Positions 12,524-25,413 of a stretch of 47,837 nt of DNA are shown here, piece after piece. A program made the translations under genes and the position numbers. Numbering within the stretch: position 1 is the first letter of the stretch; every line of letters begins with the position of its first letter. The stretch is from Octopus sinensis. Its lineage: Eukaryota. Under the pieces are notes generated by a model. The model made no database searches. It saw only the letters and a program-made list of their open reading frames with translations, and was not told the DNA's origin. The DNA lies in contig NW_021834462.1 in NCBI RefSeq assembly GCF_006345805.1, positions 1 through 47,837 of the forward strand. Direction: 5' to 3'.

Positions 12524-12525
<2 letters not shown>
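12320..12525 (-). mobile_element. R4/Dong-clade LINE fragments, rearranged
   Basis: KSDLKPETEALICTAQEQALRTNYIKYRIDNTAESDK and VIVGGLGMIKK match parts of the 19980-20792 ORF family; (ATT)n lies next to the fragment. Confidence 0.75.
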
Positions 12526-12613
<88 letters not shown>

Positions 12614-12835
12614 AGGGCAGCGAACTGGCTGAGCTCTAAGAGAGTCGGAGAGAATACTTTGCTGTATTTCCTCCAAATGTCTACGTTTTGAGACGAATTT
12701 GTGGCTGAAGTCAACGATATTTTTTTGCCCCTCCCGGGTCGATACAACATAGAACCATTTGAACACAGGGAACGATGTAATTGACTAATCCTAACCCCAA
12801 CTAAAATGTGGAATTCCTGGCCTTATGCCAAAATT
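12614..12835 (+). mobile_element. Degenerate family B SINE
   Basis: ggcagcgaactggc head and ttttgcccctcccgggtcgatacaa core. Confidence 0.55.
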
Positions 12836-12884
12836 ATAAAAAAAATTATTATAATTAATAATATCATTATCATCATCATTATTA

Positions 12885-12921
<37 letters not shown>

Positions 12922-12930
12922 GATTAATAC

Positions 12931-12968
<38 letters not shown>

Positions 12969-13816
12969 GTTGTATTTCCGATGTATATTTTTGACATGTA
13001 ACCCGATGAAAGATATTTGGAGATGTTTTGAGTTGGCAGCCAAAGCATCTCTTATTTCCCAGTTCCTTTCAAAAAATGGTTTGTTTATTTAGAGCGTGAC
13101 AAGTGATTTGTCAACGGTTCACAAGTTAAGTTCTTGCTAGTTTGTTTGGGAGATGATTATTGTTGCGTTTTTATTAAAACACTCATGTTCTTTCCAGTCG
13201 AAGATTTAATCTCCAGAAACACACTCTTTTTCTTTCTTTCTCTCTCTCTCTCTCTCTCACTTTCTTTCTCTCCCTACCCTTTCTTTTTCCTCCCTCTATA
13301 TCCCTTTCTGTCTCAGTGTGCCCATTTCTCTCTCTTCCTCTTCCTCTTCCTCTTTCTCTTTCCCTCCCTCTGTCTGTCTCTTTCTCATTGTTCACCTTTC
13401 TCTCTCTCCCCCTCCCACTCTCTCTCTCTCTCGCTCGCACTTTTTCGTCTCTCTCTCCTTTTCTCCTTCTCTCTCACTCTCTCTCTCCCTCTTCCCGCCT
13501 CTTTCGCCGTCTCTCTCTCCCCACCTCTCTCATCTCTCCACACCATTATCCACTTACCTTTTCATATACAAACCAACGAAGGAGGCTTTACGTAATTGCT
13601 CAACCTACGCAAAACAGCAGCTAAATCTCCCTCACGTTACTTGTCTTGAACAATGACATTAGATAATGCAGTCCAAGATTCCTCGTATGGAACAATTTGT
13701 TTTAGTCGAATGAATTGACCCTAGTATCTATTTTTTGGTTAAACTGGTCATATTTTCCTTAATATAAACCTTTGTGGTTAATGAAATCCTCATAATCATA
13801 ATTTTTATTATCATTA

Positions 13817-13861
<45 letters not shown>

Positions 13862-13872
13862 TATTATCAACA

Positions 13873-14253
13873 GGAGGCGCAATGGCCCAGTGGTTAGGGC
13901 AGCGGACTCGCGGTCATAGGATCGCGGTTTCGATTCCCAGACCGGGCGTTGTGAGTGTTTATTGAGCGAAAACACTTAAAGCTCCACGAGGCTCCGGCAG
14001 GGGATGGTGGTGATCCCTGCTGTACTCTTTCACCACAACTTTCTCTCACTCTTACTTCCTGTTTCTGTTGCACCTGTATTTCAAAGGGCCGGCCTTGTCA
14101 CTCTGTGTCATGCTGAATATCCCCGAGAACTACGTTAAGGGTACACGTGTCTGTGGAGTGCTCAGCCACTTACACGTTAATTTCACGAGCAGGCTGTTCC
14201 GTTGATTCGGATCAACCGGAACCCTCGTCGTCGTAACCGACGGAGTGCTTCCC
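13873..14253 (+). mobile_element. tRNA-derived SINE, family A, with 10-bp target-site duplication
   Basis: A box TGGCCCAGTGG and B-box-like GGTTTCGATTCC; attatcaaca at both 13863-13872 and 14254-14263; second copy at 35036-35417. Confidence 0.9.
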
Positions 14254-14314
14254 ATTATCAACAACAACAACAACAACAATAATAATAATAATAATGATGA
14301 TGATGATGATAATA

Positions 14315-14675
14315 ACAAGAGCACTCAGAGAGCGCAAAACCTCCGCCGAGACAACACCACCGTCTTCTCAACGATTAGCAAGAGATGATTTTTAAAAATT
14401 AGAATATCTGAAATAAACTCGCCTGCTCTCACAAACGAGAATACTAAAAATGAACCCGACCGCTCTCAAAAATTAAGTAAAAAAAAAAAAAAAACAGGGA
14501 AAATAATCCAGAATCCTTGTCCGGTACCCGATCGATCCCAAAATCTAATCAGTCTGTGCCAGTCACGAGGCCAAACATCCCTGAAAGTTTCATCCAATGG
14601 TTCTTGAGATATCTTGTCCACTGACAAACAGACAAACGCGACTGAAAACAATACCTCCGCCTTCGATAAGGCGGA

Positions 14676-14680
<5 letters not shown>
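14315..14680 (+). mobile_element. Non-autonomous Helentron/DINE-1-like element
   Basis: Terminal perfect 12-bp hairpin tacctccgcctt-cgat-aaggcggaggta (14652-14679); the same cctccgcc motif near the 5' end (14340-14347); short gacaaac repeats. Confidence 0.55.
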
Positions 14681-14712
<32 letters not shown>

Positions 14713-15574
14713 GCAATAATAAATTGACGATGATGATGATGAGGATGAGGATGATGACCACACTAGCAACAATATGCTTATTGTTTTACTGTATTCTGTA
14801 AACACATGTAGTGAGTCTATTGTCTTAGTTAAATAGTAACAAACAAAAAATGTTGATGGAATACGAGAGAGAAAGAGAGAGAGAGAGAGCGAGAGAGAGA
14901 GAGAGAGAAAGAGAGAGTGAAAGAGAGAGGCGGTGAGACAAAGAAAAATAAAACAAACAAGACGCAAACAAAAAATAAAGAAAATAATAATTCAAACTAT
15001 AGAAACAAGAAAATTAGTTTTGGTAATTAAAAATCATCGTTAATTACACTTGAAGCGAATTGAAGGGAAGATAGCGGTCGAAATGGTGGAGGTGGCGGTG
15101 GTGGTGGTGGTAGTGGTGGCGGCGGTGGCGGTAGTGTTGGTGGTATTGGTGATGGTGGTGGTGGTGGTGGTGGTATTGGTGGTGATGTTGGTGGTGGTGC
15201 TGTTTAAACAGATATGACTATGTTATTGCATGTTGTTGTTGTTGTATTGACTGTCTTTATATTGATTCCCATTTCACCTTTACTGCGGCCTTCATGTTCA
15301 TGTTGCTATTGTTGTTGTTGTTGTTTTTGCTATCGTTGCTATTGCTATTGTCAATGTTGTTGCTATTGTTGCTATCACTATTATTGCTGTTACTATTACT
15401 GTTGATTATCGTTGTGACATTTTTTTTTGTGATTGTTGCTGTTATATTTGTTTTTATTTGTTATTGATAATTTTTGGCGTTATTGCTCTTGTTTTTGTTG
15501 TTGTTCTTCTCCTCCTCTTCCTCCTCCTACTCCTGCTCCTCCTCCTCATCATCATCATTATCATTATGATTATT

Positions 15575-16685
15575 AGTCCTATCTTTATCACGTGTTTTAA
15601 CTGCACTACCGAACGCAGCTCTGTGTGCCTCGGGTATGTGCTGTGGTTTGTTGTGATGCACTTATTTCCACTGTATTGAAAGTGCGGTACCTAGTAGTGC
15701 TATTTTCTCTGTGTTGTATATATTCGTAAGTCCTGGGGTTTTTGTTATGTATTTGTCTAAATGCCTTTTTAATCATGCCTAATGCATCTATTATTACAGG
15801 GATTGTTTCTGATCCATGACAGGAATTATTTTTGTTTTTAGGCTCCACATTCAAGTTACCTCCATTTCCAGATCTTTGTATTTTGAAAGTTTTTCCGTTT
15901 CTTTTAGAGAAACATTGTCATCTGTTGGTATTGATACATCGATTAGAAAGTATTTTTTTCTTGGTGATCTCTGACAACTACATCCGGCCTATTAGCCTTA
16001 ATTTCTCTATCTGTGTGTATTGGTATATCCCAGAGTATGGTTGCTTTCTCATTTTCTGTGGCTTTTTCTGGTAGTGCCTATAACATCTTTTTTCTGTTGT
16101 TATTCCATAGTGTTGGCATAGATTCCAGTATATATATGTACCAACTCTGTCGTGTCCGTGAATATATTACTTCTTAGCCAGGACTGGGCAGCTAGAGACA
16201 ATATGATTTATTATTTCTTGTGTATCTCCACATATTCTGCAGTTATTTGGATTCCTTTTCATTACATGTTTTTAATAATTTCTGGTAGGAAGTCTTTGAT
16301 CTTGTACTGCAATTAAAAATCTTTCAGTCTCCCTCTTTGAGTCCTGAGCTTCTCAACCATTGTTGGGATTTTGCTTTGTCTATTTCTTTTCTCTTTAGTT
16401 TAACCAGGTATGTGCCATGAAGAAGCTTTGCTTGCCATCGTTTTATCATGATCCGTTGCTGTTCCAGTTTCGATTAGTTCATTTAGAGTCCAGTTAAGAA
16501 TATTGTAACTGTAACTTATAACTTGGACGGCGAGAGTGTTAATACCTATTATCTTGTTTTTAGCATTGAGCTCTGTTTTCAGTATTAATCTAATTTGTCC
16601 ATAGTAATCTTTTCTTATCTTCTCTTTCACTTACCTGTGTTGTATCGTATCTAGTTCATTGATTACTAAGTATTTGTATGTATCC
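15575..16685 (-). mobile_element. R4/Dong-clade LINE, 5'-truncated and internally deleted
   Basis: ORF pieces EKIRKDYYGQIRLILKTELNAKNKIIGINTLAVQVISYS and IPVIIDALGMIKK; 3' UTR shared with 20872-21446 and 41452-41668. Confidence 0.85.
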
Positions 16686-17308
16686 GACAAACCACAACTT
16701 AGTTCGTATAAATACGAAGTGTGTCATCACCAAAGAGCTCCATAAATAATTAATTATCAACTAGAAAATTTAGTATATATGCGTGTGTGTGTGCATATGC
16801 CGCTGTGTGCATATGCCGCTGTGTGCCTATATGTGTGTGTGTGTGTCTATGCAGACATACATTTATGTATATGTATGTAACAGTGGATTGCGTGTTTCTT
16901 AAAGTGTTCTACAATCCCTTCCCTGGTACTCCATCTTATAGAGATAGATAGATAGAGAGAGAGAGAAAGGGGTAAGAAAATAACTATTATTTATATCTTT
17001 CTTTCTGTTTCCCTGTTTTCCTCTCCCTGTCTCTCTTTCTCTCTCTTTCTCTATCTTTCTCTTTCTCTTTCTCTTCCTCTCTCTCTCTCTTTCTCTCCCC
17101 CCTCTCTCTCTCCGTCCCCTCGCAACTACACTATCTTTATAAATATTGTTTTTTTCACCCTAATTTATTGAAGTCCAGTTGGCTTTGTCACGTACGTCAC
17201 TTATTTATTAATTACAACAAGGACCACACAAATATTTACTCTTTGCAATACAAACACAAATTTTCTCTATCGCCATTTATACATTATACATATATATGTA
17301 TACACAAC

Positions 17309-17392
<84 letters not shown>

Positions 17393-17486
17393 CATATACA
17401 TATACATATATGTATATATATATACATATAAATATACAAAAAATATATATACATACACATAAATAGTATATAAATATATATATATA

Positions 17487-18510
17487 TTTAGTTAGTCAGT
17501 TAATTTTTGGCTCAAAAAGCAAAAAGCAAGGCCATGTAGGGGGACATGGAATTATGTTTAGGGTGGTGTTCATGTAAAGAGTTCAGGTCACTTGTGGTCA
17601 AGGGAGACTTTGAACCGAGCGGTCGTCGGCATCTTCACTATCTCGTCCGGCAGCTTATTCCACGGATCCGCAACCCGGACGGAGAAAGCCCCTCTCCTTC
17701 GATTGAAATGAAATCGTCGCAGATAGAGCTTTTCGGAGTGACCCCGCAGCCGACGCTCCGGAGCAGGAGTGAAGAACAGCTCTTTCGAGAGGTTACACTT
17801 TCCGCTTATGATGTTGTGAGCAAGAATGAGATCACCACGGCGTCGTCGTTTTTCTAGAGAATAAAGGTCGAGCGTCTTTTCATAAGACAAATGCTTGAGA
17901 CCAAGAACCATGCGGGTAGCCAGCTTCTGGACTCTTTCGAGATGCTGTATGTCTTTGAGGAGATAAGGAGAAGAGGCTTGAATCCCGTACTCCAATATGG
18001 GTCTCACCAGCGTGACATAGAGCGGTAGGAATATGGCTGCTGTGAGCATTCCGAATGACCGTCGAATCAAAAACAGAACTCTGCGTGCTTTGTTGGCAGC
18101 ATGGACGCACTGGGCCGAAGGCGAAAAGGAAGAATCCACCAAGATACCCAGGTCCTTTACCTGGTCGGTCCTCTCCAGCAGCAGACGTCCCGGCTCGAAA
18201 TCAAGTTGAGATGCAGAAGAAGAGCCAACAGGCAGATGACAGCACTTTGATACGTTCAGACACAGGTCCCATTCGTTAGACCATCTCCAAATTTGGTGGA
18301 GGCATCGACGAAGATCCTCTATATCACCGCGAGGAGCGACCAGTTTGACATCATCGGCAAATAGAAGGGTGTGTTGCGTGAATCGTCGGGCAAGTCATTT
18401 ATGAAGACTAAGAACAATAAGGGCCCAAGCACTGAACCTTGAGGCACGCCACTACTCACACTGGAGACGTCGGACAGCGAACCATTAACTTGGACTTGGA
18501 ATTAGAAAGA
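17487..18510 (-). mobile_element. CR1-clade LINE 3' portion (RT domains 4-7 and C-terminus)
   Basis: SGVPQGSVLGPLLFLVFINDLP, FADDVKL, and ORF 17588-18142 with LYVTLVRPILEY...LERVQKLATRMV...RGDLI...LRGHSEKL...FSVRVADPWNKLP. Confidence 0.9.
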
Positions 18511-18516
18511 GCAAAA

Positions 18517-18554
<38 letters not shown>

Positions 18555-18560
18555 TATTAA

Positions 18561-18608
<48 letters not shown>

Positions 18609-18711
18609 CATCATTATTATGAATATTATTATTATTAATATTATTATTATTATTATCATCATTATTATGAATATTATTATTATCATTATTATTATTATTA
18701 ATATTATTATT

Positions 18712-19263
18712 GAGTGAGAGAGCAGTTCATGCCATCAAAGTGACACTGGGATAAAATATACGAAGCCCAATATACCCATCATGACTACCCGTCTGATAAA
18801 GGTACACCAGGCACATGCATCACAACCATATGTGCGCGACATGGTGATCTCATATCAAGATAAACAGCACATGACCTTGCAGGTGGGGCCCAGTTAGAAT
18901 TTTCTTCAGGTTGAGTAGCCCATCCCGCTCAAACGGTCCCTGAATAAGGTTGTTTAAGGATGTTGAAAGAACCACCCATGTTTCCAGAGGTGAACTATTC
19001 AAACCCCAGACAATCCCTCTCAACACATGGCTATGATGCTCCCCCACTACTTCTGCTCGTGATCAGAGATGCACATATCGTCAGCCACTAAGGGACATGC
19101 TCAACTGGTTAAGGTCAAACAACTGACAAGCAAATCTGTGGTATTGAGCAGAATATTTGCTGTAGCCCATCTTTTATACCAAGACAAAACAATGTACATG
19201 TAACACTTCCAATCAGTTAAGATCAGAAGCCATGAGAGCCACTGCTGGTACTGCATCAGGGCA
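18712..19263 (-). mobile_element. ~550-bp non-coding element, copy 2, flanked by (ATT)n
   Basis: Reverse complement of 45186-45740. Confidence 0.9.
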
Positions 19264-19264
19264 T

Positions 19265-19296
19265 ATATTATTATTATTAATTATTATTATTATTAA

Positions 19297-19352
<56 letters not shown>

Positions 19353-19611
19353 ATTATTATTATTATTTATTAATTATTATATTATTATTATTATATTATT
19401 ATTATTATTATTAATATTATTATTATTATTATTATTAATATTATTTATTATTATTATATATATTATTATTATAATATATTATTATTATTATTATTAATAT
19501 TATTATTATTAATATTATTATATTATATTATATTATTATTACTATTATTATTATTAATATTATTATTATTATTAATATTATTATTATTATATATTAATAT
19601 TATTATTATTA

Positions 19612-19648
<37 letters not shown>

Positions 19649-19727
19649 ATTATTATATTATATTATTATTATATTAATATTATTATTATGAATATTATTA
19701 TTATTATTATTAATATTTTATTATTAA

Positions 19728-19769
<42 letters not shown>

Positions 19770-19770
19770 C
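19265..19770. repeat. Degenerate (ATT)n tract of about 500 bp
   Basis: Visible directly. Confidence 0.95.
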
Positions 19771-20812
19771 ATTCTATGTTTGACTTTTGCTTTATTTTGT
19801 ACAAGTTGGCTCCAAGTCTCACCCAGAGACCTCAAGAGACAATAGGTTGGAAATTCACGTTGTTGTTATGCCTACTGTGCCATATATTTGGGTTTTTTCC
19901 CCTTTCCTTTTTCTTTTTGGTGTTGTACTAGTGAATGTCTAATAAATAAATAAAAAAAAGTTTGTTTTAAACCTTGGGATTACATAGAGAGTATTTTGCG
20001 TAGGATATGAGCAGTTCCCATGAGCACTATCTTTTGAATTTCTGCCATTTTGGGGTTTCCTGGTATCTGAGTTAGGTAGCAATCAGCCCCTTTCGCTATC
20101 ATTCCCAGGGCACCTATGACAACAGGTATTGTTTTAGTCTTTAGTTTCCACAATTTGCTGATTTCTATTTCAAGATCCTTATATTTGCTCAGTTTTTGGT
20201 AGGTCTTGACAGATACGTTTATATCGATTGGGACAGTCATATCAATGAGGAGGCATGTTCTTTGTCTGAAGTCTTTCAATATGTTGTCTGGCCTATTTGC
20301 ATCTATCTTTCTGTCAGTTTGAATGGTGAAGTTCCAGAGGAGTGAGATGTGGTCATTTTCAAGCACTGGAGGTGGATTGTGTTCCCACCAGTTTTTTTCA
20401 TGGGGCAAATCCAGGTTTTTGCAAATTACCCAGTGAATATATTGTGCAGCTCTATCATGCCTGTTGAGGTACTCTGTAGGCGCTAGAAGACAGCATTTGG
20501 AGACAACATGATCAATGGTTTCATTTTGTTGTCGACATACACGACATGTTGGGCTACTGCCGTTCTTTAATATGTTGGCCTGGTAGTTTCTTGTTGGTAG
20601 GCATTGATCTTGAGCTGCTATGATAAACCATTCTGTTTCAGATTTTAAGCCAGAGGCCATTAGCCATTGATGGGTCAGGGCTTTGTCAATATCTGCATTA
20701 TTCGCTCTCTTTGGGTATTTGCCATAAAGAGGTTTTTCTTGCCATTTATTATTCAGAATATCTAAGGCCGCAGTTTTGGCACGGGATTTCATGCGCTTAG
20801 CTTTTTCTGTGC

Positions 20813-20815
<3 letters not shown>
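19771..20815 (-). mobile_element. R4/Dong-clade LINE 3' end with an open 270-aa ORF (CCHC zinc knuckle plus restriction-like endonuclease)
   Basis: ORF 19980-20792 contains CRVCRQQNETIDHVVSKC, RHDRAAQYIHW, NRPDNILKD, LLIDMTVP and IPVVIGALG. (ATT)n flanks both sides. Confidence 0.92.
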
Positions 20816-20859
<44 letters not shown>

Positions 20860-20871
20860 GTTATTATTATT

Positions 20872-21445
20872 CAATAGTTTTATTTTTATAGCGTGCTTTC
20901 ACTTCACTACCGAGCGCAGCTCTGTGTGCCTTAGGTATGTGCTGTGATTTGTTGTGATGCTCTGATGGTTATTGTATGGAAAGTGTTCTGCGTAGGATGT
21001 GTGCAGTGCCTAGTAGTGCAATTTTCTGTATGTTATATGTGTTTGTAAGTCCTGGTGTTTTTATTATGTATTTGTCTGAATATTTTTTTATCATGCCTAA
21101 TGCACCTACTTATGATAGGAATTGTTTCTGCTTTTAGATTCCACATTCTGGTTACCTCTATTTCCAGGTCTTTGTATTTTGAAAGTTTCTCCATTTCTTT
21201 TAGAGACATGTTGTCATCTGCCGGTATTGATACATCAATTAGAAAGCATTTTTTTTCTTCATGATCTCTTCTTCATGACAACTATATCTGGTCTGTTGGC
21301 CTTAATTTCTCTATCTGTGTGTATCGGCATATCCCAGAGTATGGTTGCTTTCTCGTTTTCTGTGACCTTTTCTGGTGTGTGCCTATACCATCTTTTTTCT
21401 GTTGTTATTCCATAATGTTGGCATAGCTTCCATATTTTTATTCCA

Positions 21446-21446
<1 letters not shown>
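20872..21446 (-). mobile_element. R4/Dong-clade LINE 3' end, second subfamily, in tandem with the previous element
   Basis: Homologous to 15575-16110 and 41452-41668; (ATT)n on both sides. Confidence 0.88.
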
Positions 21447-21510
<64 letters not shown>

Positions 21511-23560
21511 ATTATTATTATTAATATTATTATCATTATTATTATTATTATTATTATTATATTATTATTATTATCATTATTATTATATTATTATTATCAT
21601 TATCATTATATATTATATTATTATTATTATTAATATTATTAATATTATTATATTATTATTATTATATTAATATTATTATTAATATTATTATTTTTATTTC
21701 TATTATTATTATTATTATTGTTGTTGTTGTTGTTATTGTTATTGTTATTATTTCTATTATTATTAATATTATTATTATTGTTGTTACCATTTTTATTGTT
21801 TTGTAATTGGTGCTGTTATTATTATCAGTTGTTATCCTTGTTATTATTATTATGCGTATTATTATTATTATTGTTTTTTGTTGTTACCGTTGACGTTAGC
21901 ATTATTGTTGTTATCACAAATTATTGTTGCTACTGATTATTGCGGTGTTGTCTCTTGTGGTTACCCTTGTTACACTTGCCGTTATTGTTGTTGTTGTTGT
22001 TGTTTCTGCTTCGTTATTGTTGTTGTTGTTTCTGCTTCGTTATTATTGTTGTTGCAGTTAATATTGATATCTCATCTTAAAACATGGCTGTTTGCTACTT
22101 ATATTTTTATTCATTTTTTTTGCTGTTGTTATTCTCGTTGTTGTTGTTGTTGTTGTTGTTGCTGTATTTTGAGATTTGAAGTTGTTAGTTTTTTGTATTT
22201 CATTTACTTCAATTTTTATATTGATGGCGTTATTGCTGCTGCCGCTGCTGCTGTTTGTGTTGCCGCTGATGATGATGGTGATGATGATGATGATATTAGT
22301 GCTGTTGTTAATTCATTTTCAATATTGATATTGTTGTTGTTTACGTTGTTCTTGTTATTGCTGAGTTATTGTTGTTGCTGCTACTGTTGCTGCAACTACT
22401 AATGCTGTTGATAATGATGATGATGATGATGGCGACGACGATGACGATGATGATGATGATGATGATTGATGACGACGACGACTACGACGATGATGATGAT
22501 GATGATGATGACGACAACGACGATGATAATGATGATGATGACGACGATGATGATGACGACGACGACGACGACGATGATGATGATGATGATGACGGTGATG
22601 ATGATGATGATGACGGTGATGATGATGATGATGATGATGACGACGATGATAACCATGATGATAATGATGATGATGACGACGACGACGATGATAACGATGA
22701 TGATGATACTTGCATCGTTGATTCTTTGGTTGTCAATACTGATGCAGTAACCGATGCTGCTGCTGTTGCTGCTACTGATAATGTTGATAATTTTGACGGT
22801 AATTTTACTGTTGCTATTATCTTGTCATCGTTGTTACTCTTGTTGTTTTGCTCTTGTTACACTCATAACAATCATTGTTATTGTATAGTAGTAGTAGTAG
22901 CAGCAGCAGCAGTAGCAGCAGCAGCAGTAGCAGTAGTAGTAGTAGTGGTGGTAGTGGTAGTAGTAGTAATAGTAGTAGTAGTGGTGGTGGTGGTGGTGGT
23001 GGTGGTAGTGGTGGTGATTGTGATGGTAGTGGTGGTGGTGGTGGTAACGTAGTGGTAGTGGTGGTGTTGGTTGTACTGGTGGCGCTGGTGGTGGAGATGA
23101 TGGTGATAGTAGTAGTGGTGGTGGTGGTGGTGGTGGTGATGGTAGTGGTGGTGGTGGTTGTAGTGGTGGTGGTGGTGGTAACGTAGTGGTATTGGTGGTA
23201 GTGGTGGTGTTGGTTGTACTGGTGGCGCTGGTGGTGGTGATGGTGGTGATAGTAGTAGTAGTAGTGGTGGTGGAGGTGGTGGTGGTGGTAGTAGTACTTA
23301 GTGCTGATATCCTAATTGTTGATGTAAGTTCCAATGCTTTTGTTTTCACTCTTGTTGTTGTTGTTGTTATTGTTATACAGGACTTATTAATATTGTTGTT
23401 GCTTATGGCATAATTATCATTACATTTATGTAGACGCCATTGTTCTTGCTATTGTTATTATTATCATTATTATTATTATTATTATTGTTTTCTTCGTTGC
23501 TGTTGTTATTGTTGTTGTTTTTTGTTGTTGTTGTTGTTGCCGCTGGTTTAATATTTCACA
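21447..23560. repeat. ~2.1-kb trinucleotide mosaic (ATT, GTT, GAT/GAC, TAG, TGG)
   Basis: Visible directly; source of the poly-D/M/V/G ORFs. Confidence 0.95.
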
Positions 23561-23967
23561 ATGCTGGTATTATCATTATTGCCATCGTCGTCGTCGTCGT
23601 CGTTGTTATTGACATCTATGTCAATGTTCTTATAACAGACAAATGCATTTTACTCTGTTATATATTCATTTACTTCCAGCAGATCATACATGCAAAAAAA
23701 AAAAAAAAAAAAAAAAGCAGGAATGCTTTAAAGAGCAACAACACCAACAACCACTAACGAAATCACAATGCCATCAGGAACTTATTTCAATACGATATAA
23801 AAAAGTTTACATGAAGAGAACGAAGTGTGGTACACGGGGGCTGAACGCATTCTTTATGGAAGATCGAGCAATTCATGTCTCCTGTAAAAACAGTAATTTT
23901 GTCTAGCACCTATTTAATGCTTAAAAAACTGATACATACCTACGCTTTCGCGCACACACATTATGAT

Positions 23968-23989
23968 ATCTATCTATCTACCTACCTAC

Positions 23990-24027
<38 letters not shown>

Positions 24028-24080
24028 GTCAGTCTGTCTGTCTGTCTGTCTGTCTGTTGTCTGTCTGTCTGTCTGTCTGG

Positions 24081-24133
<53 letters not shown>

Positions 24134-24191
24134 TATCTATTACCTACCTACCTACCTACCTATCTATCTATCTATCTATCTATCTACCTAC

Positions 24192-24231
<40 letters not shown>

Positions 24232-24233
24232 TC

Positions 24234-24270
<37 letters not shown>

Positions 24271-24353
24271 TATGTATCTATATTATATATATATATAGAT
24301 ATATCTATGTATCTATATATATATATATATATATAGATATAGATATATGTATG

Positions 24354-24410
<57 letters not shown>

Positions 24411-24416
24411 ATATAT
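23968..24416. repeat. (CTAT)n/(CTGT)n/(TA)n compound microsatellite
   Basis: Visible directly. Confidence 0.95.
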
Positions 24417-24759
24417 AGGCCTCCTTTGAAAATACTCCAAGGGCATTGATATTGTGTCTAAAGCCAGCTAGAGACGACGCGATCTCTTGGGGCTATAAAA
24501 GCTACAGTAACACCCCCATCCCAATGTGGTTAGCCATGATAGGATGGCTTCTATACTTTACATTATTCGAGCGATTACTGTTTCAATCTCATTCTGAGAT
24601 TTAATTATGCCTATATATATATATATAATATATATTATATATATATATATATAACTATTTTTTTGTTTTTGTGTGTTAAATGTTAACAAGGCAAAAATAC
24701 ACTCATCTATTTATATCTATTCAAAATGTGACCTCGTGTGTATCGTTGGCGATTTTTTC

Positions 24760-24928
24760 CCTGTCTTCCCTTCTCTGAATCTTTCCTTCTCCTATGTTTC
24801 CAACGAAGATCTCCGCTCGAAACGTTAAACCCTCCTTCTTTCCTGAGCGTCCAATAATACTATATTTGTTCCACGTCCTCGCATTGTTGTGTTTTCTCTT
24901 TGTGTTATCATGTTTGAATTAACTTTAT

Positions 24929-24930
<2 letters not shown>
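24760..24930 (+). mobile_element. Short non-coding element with a degenerate hammerhead motif (24796-24830), same family as 45780-45940
   Basis: cctatgtttc..acgaaga.ctccgctcgaaa.gttaaaccct shared with 45801-45843; the core is mutated here to CCAACGA. Confidence 0.75.
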
Positions 24931-24970
<40 letters not shown>

Positions 24971-25118
24971 AATATGTTACATTACTCATAGAATAATCTA
25001 TGTGATATGCATCCATATTAATTCTTCTGTGTGTGAGAGTCCTCAACCGATGTTAGGCGATAATCCCAAAAGGCTGTATTAGCTCTTAGTTGAGAATAAC
25101 GTCGTCCGGTAGGTGATT

Positions 25119-25352
<234 letters not shown>

Positions 25353-25378
25353 ATATATATATATTATATTATATAGAT

Positions 25379-25413
<35 letters not shown>

